Positions 22,801 through 34,800 of a stretch of 35,697 nt of DNA are shown here, in pieces (within the stretch, counting starts at the first letter, position 1; each line of letters begins with the position of its first letter). The notes under the pieces are model-generated. The model had not been told where the DNA came from. It worked only from the letters and a program-made list of their open reading frames with translations, and did no database searches. A program made the position numbers and the translations under genes. Location of the stretch: positions 1 to 35,697 of the forward strand of contig NIVC01002910.1 in NCBI GenBank assembly GCA_002269645.1, given 5' to 3'. Origin of the DNA: Macrostomum lignano. Taxonomy: Eukaryota.

Positions 22801-25800
22801 CCGTTACTACTCAGCGCACAACCTGCTGTTCAAGCGTGCAGTGCTGGCCCAGGTGCTCATCACGGACAAGTCGGTCGCAGTGCACAAAATGGTGGACGAT
22901 GAAAGTCACGTGATGCGCCGGCTTATCGGCTCCAAGATGACAGACTCCGATGTGGAAAAGATGTGCTCCATTCTGTCTAAATTTAGCAGGTAAATTAATT
23001 ATAAAACAGATTTATAAAACTAATACAAAGCTAGCTACGCATCCATGTTACAAAAGGCGTACAGCCAGTAAACCTACTCGTAGTAATGACACTTCATGAA
23101 GCCCAAAAATTATTCAGATAGTTAGGAAAACGTTGTGAATTGTCAAAGCGATCAATACACCACTTACTCGTACGAACTCATCAGGGTCTGCCACCTTGAA
23201 GAGGAGCCAGAAGAGAGGCACCCGATGAACCAGGCGATTCTGTACAACCACGGACTTCTCAACGATATTTTCGATCTAGTGTCTCAGGACATCGACATCA
23301 ACCTGCTGGTAAGTCGGTCGAGCCGATTTAACTTACCGTATCGAATCATCAAAATTGAACTGCGATGCCGTGAAATGCTGTATTCCAAGGTTTTAAGAGT
23401 TCGTTCGGCCTAACGCAAATGAACTAGAAATTTTCTTTAAAGACCATGTTAGTCAGGACTAAATTTGAAACGGCCCCAACATACATATTCCCATAACTCA
23501 AGAACGTTGTTGTGGACAACGAGACGAGATTAAATGTTCAGGTAAGAGCAAGTCTTTCCTATTGATTGCACCATTGACAACCAGAAGCCCGGAGATTTTT
23601 TCTCAACCCATCACGCGCACGGTTTGTCTAACCAGGCTGGCTTTGCAAGGCCAGCCTGCCATGAGCTGTTCAGTCCATCGCACTTTTCTCAGCGTTTCAT
23701 TGCACCAACCGGAAAAGTTTTTGTCTCAAATTACCTCTCAATCTTGAAACCAATGAATACATTGCCGTTTTGTCTCATTTTATTTGCCAAGCTGTCTTGC
23801 CAGTTCCATTTCCTAGACATAAACTTCAAATACGTAGCGGTTCAAATTCTACCAAATCGTTAACACTTCTTTGCCACCCATTTGCTTCTTCAAGACCGCG
23901 CGCAATTCAAAAAAACAAAAGAAGAAAAAGGTATATTTTCCTCATTTGTAGATGAGCATCTGATGCACACAGAAAAAATTTGAAGCTGCTTCCTTGAGTT
24001 TTCGATTCACCACCTGCTTTATCGCACAGTACTACAGAGTACCTGTAGCCTGTTTTGTACAATGCTAAGGATAGAATGTTTCTTTACTGAAAATTACACC
24101 CAAAAACTGTACATGAAATGTTTTCGCACGGCACATTTGAAGTGCATTTAGTAGTTGTCTAAAAACATTACATGATAGCCAAATACGTAAAGAATTTCAC
24201 TAGGATTTACTAATTGTCTAATTTTTATTGTTTAAATAACTGACGTTGTTGTGCTCACTTAACTCTACTTTTCCTACTCTTTCTTTAATAACTGAATTTT
24301 CGCAGTGCTACGTACAAAATGCTTAAGTTATTGCGAATTCGCTTCAGGACGAGTACAGCGGACTTCGCAAAGTGTTCGCCAAGTGCTTCAGTCTGCTGCG
24401 CCTCATGGCCAGAGGAAACGCGGTCGTACAAAACCACCTGTTCGATCGCCTGGACGCCCTGCTGAGCTGCGTTGGCGCCGAGTCCGAGCTGGCCCTGGCT
24501 CTCGCTGAGGTGTTCACTGGAAACAAGAACACCTGCATGAAAGTTCTGCCGCATCACATTGCCAGAACTATGTCACTGATTGCTCAGCATGGGCCGAGAG
24601 CCCCAGAGTTCCTGGACATGCTCAACGCTCTGGTGAAGGTGGAGGAGCTGGACTTGCCGCTCAAGCGCAACCAGGCCTACGTGATGAAGTACTTCATGCA
24701 GCAGCGAACGGACGTGGCTGAGTGCCTGGACCAGGACAAAGAGGTCCAGCAGCGTCTGCTGCGATCGCCAACTCGCACGCCGGAGTCCGACTACATGATC
24801 GCTCTGGTCGACCTGCTGGCTACCTGTGCTGAGGGCGAGAACCGCTTCATCGAGTCCATCAACCAGACCATCTACAAGGTGAGCGACGTGCTGGCGATTC
24901 TGACGGACCCCGCCATCCCAAACCACAACAAGCGGCCATTCGCGCGCTTCCTGCTGTGGGTCTACCTCAACACGGCCGGCGGGATCATCGAGAGCGGAGC
25001 CGGAGACCTGCCGCACGACGGCAACATGTGGCAGCTGTTCAGCATGGTGAGGGAGGACCTGAGGCGCATGGCGGAGCTCGCCGTGGAGAGCCCGCAGCTT
25101 GTTCGACAGCTGCTGAAGATTCGCGTCTTCAAGAAGTGAGTTTATCAGTTGTCACAGCTATAAAAAACGAACAGCAGACTGTATCTTTGTTGCGGAGCAC
25201 CAACTGTCTTCTGTCACTAGTAAGACAGATTCTAGAAAAAAACATTTCACTGTTGTGAATCCAATACGTATCAACTGCCTCCACCAGGACTTTCTCACTC
25301 AGAGACAGCCCCAACACCCGAGACCTTGACCGAATCGCTCATTCTCAGCTCTACTAGAGTGCACTAAGAAATTGCTCACGTAACCGGATCTAGCTTCGCA
25401 AAGACAATACAGTTTGATGCCATATCGCGCTTTCTTGGATGGGATATATTGACGAAACATGACGCGACCCCTGAACAGAACAAGCTCTTCGTCGACACTA
25501 ATTTCCTTTTCTGGCATGTATGCACTGCGACAAATCTCAGCTACACTCGTAATAAATGGTCTTGCCTTTGCTAGCAAGTCGTTTCCATCGAAGTTGTTGC
25601 AGTCATAGAAGCGCAGCTGGCTACTGATCTGTTGGTACCTGTCCCTTTTCAGGCAAGCGAGTTGTTGGAAGAAAGGTGTTGCGTAGAAATCATCTTTGCT
25701 CCAATAGTTGGCGATCTCGGGCTTTTTAACTATTCCCATGTAAAGCGACATGGCGACAAACTTTCTTCATCTCGTCCACGGTCACGTTTTTCCACGCAGA

Positions 25801-28800
25801 GAACCTTTGAGGCAGGTTTGGCATCGATGCTTGTAGCTCGTCGAATTTGCGCCATTGGTCCAAGCGCAGAACTGTTGCAGCAGGTCAGCAGTCAGAAACA
25901 GCTTGAAAAACGCAGCTGGATCGTCATCAGCAGTCTCTGGCCTCGGCAAGTCAGGATCCACACCAGGCATTCCCCAGAACTCGGGGTCTGCATCTGGCCG
26001 TTGATCCTGCCCAGCTTCCCGTGCCACCCAAGCATCAGTTGACAAGTCTCCGACGTCTTCATTTGGCTGGAGATGCAGGTCCTCCTCCTCTTCATCTTTA
26101 CCCTTGTCCGCTGTTAGCCAGCCTTCCTCCTCCTCTAGTTCGGAGTCGGTATCCGGATCAAAATGCATTTGAGCCGCAGCCATGACAAACACTGTCCGAC
26201 ACTTGGAAATTATTGCACAAAATAAAGTTGCTGATCGATGATTTAATTAATTAATTGGCACTTGACTTTGATCATTTAGCTTCAAACTTTACCCACCCAC
26301 CCGTCCATCCACCCCACTCCACTTTGTTTTTTGCTTTCATGTTTATCGTTTATTGCTACGAGTATAAGCTAATCCGCCGGCTATCGCTGGCTACGGGGGT
26401 GTAAAAATATGCTGTAATAGTCTATGGCCTGCTCGGGTTAACTTGAGCTGTTGTTCGTCCACGTCAGCGAGCGAGCTATCTGTTGTTATTTAGCACAGCG
26501 GCATTTATACCTGAGCAAGTTTGCTGTTCCAGTTCTGTCCACAGACACTGCTGCACTGCGTTGCAGGAAGCAGCCAAGTCTGCAAGTGATCGACTATGAG
26601 GCTCAGAACCCTGTGCCGGTGAAGATTCAAATGTAATGTAATATCCAAAAATTCATGCATCAATTTTGTTGCCAACGGCATGAGTGTATACAGAAATATC
26701 AATATTATTAGTCGTATAGCCACGATTTTCATTCCTAATAACGGACCAAAAATCACAATCATAATTCCTTTTTCACGCATGCTTGTGCAAGTATTTATTA
26801 CTAAATTATTACTCATTTTTCTCCCTATGCGGGCTTACATTATTAGCCGCATCTGCTGACAATACCGCTTTTCAGGCACAAGAGGCACTCCTCAAAGAGG
26901 AGGCGATCGCACAAGCACAGGCTGGAGTCGCTGCCCCAAGTGTAATATAAAAATCTGCTCCGCATGCGCTCTCCTCTGACCTTTGAGTGCCGTGGGGTGG
27001 TAGTTCCGCTTTCGGTTTTAATCTGCTTTAGATAGCTCGTCCCTGTCGCAAGCATCCCTGAGTTTGTCTCTTCTCTGCTAGCTTTAAGATACTCGTAGGA
27101 CTTTTGGTTAATGCAGAGCAGTGAGATTCAGCTGACTCATGCTTTGCAGTTTTACCTTAACTTTTTTGTATTTTCATCGGAACTGAAGTCTCTGAGCCAC
27201 TGAAATCTGAGCCACTTCGGGTTACTGAGCCCGTTTCCATTTTCGATTTTCCTGATCTAAGAATTAGTAGATATGTGTCAAATAGAAAAATGCACTTTTA
27301 CTCATGCTAAAAAGTACATGATACCCTTTCTGTTTTATTGATGCTGTGCCTGCAAAATTTGATAATCAGAAAGTTAATAGGAGAACCGTCCCGTTGCAGC
27401 GAGATGGAAGACCCATCCAGCAAGGAGAAGCAGGACATGACAGACGAGGCTGCTCACGGCACCCTGAAATACCTGTTCGAGGGAGCCCTCCCCGTGGTCA
27501 ATGTACGTACAGTAAAATTACGCGCACAGGTTGCCTTAAGATTGTTCAGTAAATAACCACTTGAAAATTCTCTTCTAGGCCTTTTTCAAGAGCATTTACA
27601 TCAAGGACTTGGAGGATCACCCGAACGAAATAGAAGAGATTAACAAACTCGCCAAGATTCTCATCGTAAGAGAAAAAGATGTCCTTTGATGGTAGAATCT
27701 GTTTTTTTACCCATGATACAAAAGATTCTGCTAATTTACTGGCCTGCTGTCCCGTTTACGCAGAACTTCATCGAAGCAGCAATGCCACTAATCTCGGAGG
27801 AAAAGTACGTAAAGTACCTGCTGAGCAGTGCAACCAGCCTGCTCACAGTTTGCACCCTGCCTGCTAAAGTGAGTAGCGCTGAAACTGGTTGTTTGAAAAT
27901 AAAAAAGCGTAACATATTTCATACACAGTGTTGATTGTTTTTCAACAAACACCTGCAGGACAGGCAAATTAGCAGTCTAAAGGTGAAACAAAAGGTTTGA
28001 ATGGGACAGAAGTTACAATACTTTCTTGAATCTTAGTTACCACGAACACTGATTCCTGGACAAATTAAATTAATAATTAAGCATTATAGCGCTACGGAAA
28101 TTGCATTATTGATTATTGATATAAGTCCGACCGAGCTTGTAATCTATGCTCTAAAATGACTCAGCTATCAAAAATGCTAATATTGATTTTTGGATAATGC
28201 TTAAGATAAAAGGCGCCAATGTGCAGTAGTTTTCTCTGATTTATGACAGAAATTGTATCCTCGTACAGTAAGACTTGTGCATTGTGCGCCTTCGTAATAT
28301 AAAATTCACTTGATTCTGACATCTGACAAAGCGAAAAAATGAAACTCATCAAACGATTCGATGAAATGCCTTTTGAATTTCCGAATGGCTATCTAAAACA
28401 TTAATGGCCTTTCCTTTCTCCGATCAAACTCTGACAGGCTATTGAAGAATTTCGTGGAAAATACGGAGGAGGCGTCCAAATCAACTGGGACGTCAGAAGC
28501 GAGGCTCGAAAGGTGCTTAAGGAAACAGATTGTATTTTTGAAAAGGCATTATGAACAGAAAATTTGAGAAACATAAATATTTAATCTAATAAAACTCCAG
28601 CGATACGAAGAGTACTACTCATCCGAGGAGGAGCTGAACGTGCAGTTAAACGTGTTTGCAACCAACTACAGCATCTCTTACGGAGGCGAGAACACCGTCA
28701 AAGACCAGATCGGCTTTCCCAGCGACCAGGGTTCGTTTAAGAAGTTGATGCGCTTCTTGAAGACAGAAGTATTTAACCTAGGCGTTTTTACCCTTAGTCA

Positions 28801-31800
28801 TTTTCCTTTAGTTTTCTACCTGCCATCCCGCCCTTGTAGTGTTGCCGGAAGATTATAGTAGTACATTATACTCGATGAAAGTCTACCAGAATGTGGAAAC
28901 ATTTTTGATTCAATAAGTTCTTATCAAGTTTGCAAGTAAACCGATCAAATAAGCTAGGAATATATGATGGACTCTTTTAATTCCTAGTGCAATGCTTCAC
29001 GCTATGACAGTTCGAAATCCAAACTCCAAAACCAATCCAAACCACGCCAGAATACACTGGAATTGGCAGCGACGAAGAGCTCCCTCTCGGCAAGGAGTTC
29101 CAGGACCATGCGGCCTGCTTCATCGATGCCAATCGGCCGATCTCGGACCCACAAAAGTACAAACTTACTGGGAAGCTCGTGGAACAGCTTTTGTGAGTAA
29201 AAGATATGCTTTGTTTTGAGCTTATATGCTTGACGCACGTGTCTACATATTGCCACTTGGAAATGTCATCATTGACAGCATCTCCAACCAGATGGAGCTG
29301 AGCAATGAGAAGGAGCGCATTGAGCAGGAGATCCTTGACGTGAAGTGTCTTCAACTGCTGCGGGCCATCATACACAACGAGATTGTCAAGCTGCCGACCA
29401 ACTTTGACACCGTCGACTTCAAAGAGTAAGTGCCTTTTTTGTCTGCTTTTTCTCTTCTGGGAGTCTCACATGAGCTTTAAATGTCGTTGCAAAAAATCGC
29501 CTTCCATGTTCACTTCTATCTGAGCCTATTAGTGCACTGCACTGCATTAGCAAGCCGCTGGTCTTTCAGAATGGCTGGTCGAGGAAAGAAACTATATTAC
29601 AGGTAAAGGTACATTCGTACCGACAGTTACTGTGGAATGCATCAACACTGGTAGCATTAAATGTGTCTTGAAGTTACTCTGGTAACCTTTTAAATACTAT
29701 CTGATAAAAATTTTCTATTTAATGATTGTACGCTTGTAGAAGCGAAGCTTTATTATACATAATTATATATCGCGTGATTTTAATTAACACCGAAATGTGT
29801 TTTAAACATTTGTGGATTAATCATAATTCAGATAGCAGATGGCGATTAACGCATTTCAAGGCAGCAATCAAGGCATTCGAGCAGTTCAATTTTGTTCATC
29901 AATGAGTGGTCAGGGTCTTTTACCTGTAGTTCTGGTATGAAATTTACTCAAATTGACGACATGCTGACTGTGGTAAAAGGATTGTGCTGATTGTGGTAAA
30001 AGGCTGTCGTTGAAATTAAATACATTTTTCTGAGTCACTGGACTTATATTCTGGCTGCTATCTATTAACTCTGGAAAACACTTCCAGATCTGAACTTTGA
30101 GATTGGTCGTACCTTCCTTTTTTATTTGTCAGTTTGTTGATACTCAACATCTAATTGTGATTAAGTGGGCCGCCTTGATTCGTCGCTCACTAATGTTCGT
30201 TGAGCCTAATTTTGAAAATCGATTGCTGCGCAGTTAAATCGATAAAAATCGCGCTGACTTCCAGACGAATCGCAGCGATCGCTCAGGTGCAGATGGCGCT
30301 AAACAAGCACGACGCCATGCTGAAAGTGCTGCCGCACTTATCCAAGCAGTCGGACGAGATCGTGCGCGAGGTGCTCAGCTTCCTCGCCAACATGCTGTTC
30401 AACGGCAATGAAGAGGTCCAGGGCAGCCTGCTGGACTATTTCTACGGCACTCGCGAGGAGAAGTTCTTCGTGGCAGTGAAGAACCGGATCAGCATGTCCT
30501 CCATGGCCTGGAAAGAGAAGTGAGAGCAATGTATTTTGTTTTATCCCTCACCTCTACTTACCTTTATGATAGGTTCGAAGCACTATTCTGTTGAGCAATC
30601 CTTTAATCTCACAGCCGAGCCCTCATCAATCAGCATCAAGCGAAAATCGAGGAAGCCATCGCTGAGCTGCGAGACCTTCAACAGGCAATGAAGGAGGGCC
30701 GGATCTCAGCAGAGGCGCTCCAGGGCAGCAAGATGGGCTCGATGCTGCTCAATCTGAAATCAAGCAAGGGCAGCATCACTGGCAGCGGGGCTCGAATGCG
30801 GGGCAGCCGGAGCTACGCACTTGGCAGCACTGCGGAAATGCGGCGGCGGCAGACTCGAAATCAAGGATCAACGGCTCAACTTCGAGCATCTCGCAGCAAC
30901 CTGCATGACGTCGGCGGAGGCGGTATTCGCAACCACGGTTTTACTGGCGATAGTCGAGGCCCAGGCTCCACGGACTCAACTCGTCAGCTGATCAGAGGTG
31001 ACGCGACGGAGATGCAAAACATGGGCCAAGAGGCACCGAGCCACGCCACAGGCAACCGGGTGGCGCCAGCCGAGGCGGCCACTTCAAACATTGACGAGGG
31101 TGACATTGAGGAACTGGCGACGCGGATTGTAATGGAGGATGAGAATATGCAGATGAAGGACGACGGCTACATTGAGCTGGTGCTCCGCGTGCTCGCTTAT
31201 GTATGCGACGGGCAGAACACTAAGCTGCAGGACTACCTGAGAGAGCAGCCGGACAACATCAAGTCTATCAACCTGGTGGCGGAGACTTCACGTTTCCTCG
31301 GTCTCACCTACACAGCCATCAACAAGTCAAGTATATCGCTAATAATTCAAATATTTGACTCGTTGGTCGAGTTTGCCTCTGGAAACCTCAGCAATCAGGC
31401 CGTGTGCTACGACAACAAGGTTTGTGACTACATTAACTACCTGCTACGGTCTAAGCAATCCTATTCAAAGTGCGGTCTGCAAGAGGAAATGGATTTGAAG
31501 AGATCCATTGCAAACCTCATCGTGGCCATGATCGAAGAGAATGTTAAACGTGACGCTGAGCGCGACGCCTCTGAGCAGGCGGTTGTCGGCGCCGCGGGAA
31601 TCTCGCATTTGGAGAAGAGGCTCAAAGCCATCGCGGGGGTTGCCGATGAAGTCAAAGACACAATCGATGCCGACAGCATTCTGAATGTCTTTGTCGACTG
31701 CTATAGGCGACATCTGGACGCCGCGCTGGACAGAGACACGCGGGAGTCGATTATAGCTGTGGGATTCAAGTACTTTCACATCTTCCTGCGTTTCCAAGAT

Positions 31801-34800
31801 CTCGATCATATGAAGACCGTCAACTTCGAGGCAATGGTCGAGAAAGATGCTGACGCTGACGAGCAGCGACTCATCTGGGATTTCTACCAATCAAACACAA
31901 TGTCCATTGAGATCCTTAAGGACAATAATCTCCAGAAAGTCTACTTCCGCGTCAAAGATAAGAAGGTGCTGAGAGAGGAAGTGAAGGATCGCTTTAAGTA
32001 CGATGTGGACAGGTAAAGTTTCCTAAGTTTTCAATCTAACTTCTCTTGACTTCTTAATAATGCGTCTTCCGAAATATACTCGTAGAACTAAAAATAATCC
32101 CTAACAAGCTCTAATACTTGCCCCAAACTAAGATTTCTGTCATCAACATGCCCCTAGAGAAGATATACGAATTCCTAGTCCTATTACGGAATAAGATTTT
32201 TGATGAACTCACTATAATCTGACGGAGTTTCTTAACGGGAGAAAGACCAAACATAAGCGATCACAGCTTTATATTAAACTTAAACAGATCCTCTCCAACT
32301 AATAAGCTGCGCGACTTCTCCGACTGGCTTCGCGAGATCATCAAGGACATCAAGTGGCAGAAGCGAATCCTCAGCAACCCTCTCGGCTCCTTCTTCGTGC
32401 ACGGCTGGAAGGCGTTCAACATCCTGTGCATCATCCTGAGCCTGGCAATCAGCATTGTGGTGCTGAGCAGCTGGGACACGCCTGAAAAAATCACGGATCC
32501 TGTGCCAGTTCGAGCGGATGGAGCCGTTTATGCGACCTATGCTCTTGGAATCGTGCACAATATACTCAGCCTGTTCATTCTGATCAGTTTCTTCCTCAGC
32601 AATCATCCATATTTTCCGTCTATGCAACAAATTCGTACCTTTTGGTCGTAAGTTACCGCTATAAGCGTGCATTATTTAAAAAATTCCCAGCCTTGTGTCT
32701 GAATAAACAAAAAGTATATTTAAATAAGTTTCTGCTCTATCAATCGAATTCGCTTTCATATTGATTAACCTGCACTTGAATCACCACATTCAGTATACGG
32801 GTTTTCTCTGAGGGTTTATTGCTTGTTATTCTCACTTTCTATAATATAGGTCTAGCGGTTTAAGGTTCTTACAGCTCTTTATTTCTTCTATCAGACCGTC
32901 AGAGAAAACCGTATAAACTGACGGGATCTCCTAGTATCTAGGCTGAATTTGAATCTCACGAGTATTTCGCTCTGCGTAACTTTTAAGACAAATAATTGTT
33001 TTTTAAGTCTTGGATTTGAGCCAGTTGAGATCTGAAAACTGCGTCAGGAAGAAGCGCCGCTCCAGTTTGAGATGGGCGTCTATTTTATACAGATTGGCAT
33101 TTTTTACCTATACCGCCGCCGGTGGGGTGTCTTCGCGTGGTTAGCAACGGCGGGGGGGGGGTTTAAACAATAAAAATCTGGGACTCAGTCCCCTAGTTGT
33201 ACACGAATTTAGTTAGTTCTAGTAGGTTGCTAAGTGTGTGGGTTAGAGATTATTCGGGGTTTTGCAAATCCATGCGTTGAGTTGGATAAATTTTGGGATG
33301 GAAATATAACAGAAAAAGAGCTTAGTCTAAGAGAGCTCTCTTAACTCTGTCCATAGATGATCACACAGTCCTCTCTCTCTCTCGGTTGTCAAACTACTTG
33401 GGGTTGATCTCGCCTTCTTGGGCAGCTTCGGGTTGGATAGAAGTCCGTGGGCGGGCCGTGCGACTCTCCTCTGAAGTTCGCCAGGTTCTGACGCGTGCCA
33501 CGGGCCGATTGCTCTTTTTGACGTCATCCTAAATCGGGCCTCTCCTCGGTTTGCTTCTCCCAGCCGGTTTGAGCGCCATTGTGCCTGCGGCGGGGTGTTG
33601 CTACTCACTGGAATGGAAAGAGGCTTTATTAGATTCGGTCATTCATATCTGAATTGACTTTTGTTGCTGCTTTTGTTCGCCTTCTAATAGCTATCTAGGG
33701 GGTTTCATTGTGCTCTTCTGCCTCGCCCTTCACTGCGCCTGGGCATTTCATACTTTTCTACCTATCTTCTAACGTAGGGTAAAACTTCAGATTTCTAACT
33801 CTTTTACTCAGGAAGCTGATCGGAATTGGCTCCAAGACGGCCACAGAAGACGAGGACAACGCCGAAGGGAAGCTTCAAGCCTCCGTGTTCAGCTTTAGCA
33901 CGTTCTACTACATCGCCTTCCTGCTGATGTCAGTGCTGGGTACCGTCTTCTATGGCTACTTCTTTGCCTTCCATCTGCTGCACATTGCCAACCACAACCA
34001 GCTGCTGGCTAGGGTTATCCAGGCTGTTACCAAGAACGGTAAGGATATATTTGCTTCAGATTCGTGAACGGATATTATGGTAGACTCATAAATTTCTATC
34101 AGCTTGAAGAGCGGTGGATTGCTGACAACTAGTACTCTAAATAATACTTGTACTGGCATTGCAGGCTTATCACTATTATGGGTACTCATCTACTCCTTGG
34201 CTTTCTTCTACATCTACGCGCTGCTCAGTTTCGCTTTCTACCGAGAAATTTATGACTCCTCAACTGGCAACTTCTGTGAGACCATGTACCAGTGCACAGT
34301 CACCGTGATCCACAGGGGCCTCATCGCCGGAATCTACGACGTAAGCATTGGTTAAGAACTCGAAATTCTTGTTTGATGCTCTTTGTTTGCCTGTAAATTT
34401 TCACCTGTGAATAATTAAATAAAGTAAAAAACCCGTCTGAACTTTATCCCAGGAGGGCGATGTAAGTAATCGATGAATGTTTCCAGCTACTTCCTTGATA
34501 TCGTTGTTGTCTACCTTAGTCAATTTCCTATTGTAACCAATAATTCGTACCGGTTTGCCACCTTAATAGTCCGTAACTTCCTACTCTGAGTCTAATGCTA
34601 CTGCGCACGACACTTAAGTTTGAACTGTTTATTATTTGTGCATTTTGCACGCAGCACTGACGTGTGAGGCCCCTAGTCACTATCGACTAAAGCTACCAAA
34701 TGTGTAATGCTTCGAAATAGCAACCATCATGATAATTTAAATCGTAAAAGTCGAATGGCGAAACCGTTTCAGTATCTACCGGTTCCCGAAAACAGACCTT

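Noticed and set aside
8410-25171. A single piggyBac split by an inversion of this interval
   Set aside because: Re-inverting would reverse the first 21 ITPR exons relative to the rest, yet the gene is collinear and in frame. The two termini also do not match.
33327-33608. 93-aa minus-strand ORF in an intron
   Set aside because: No recognisable motif; explained by local GC richness.
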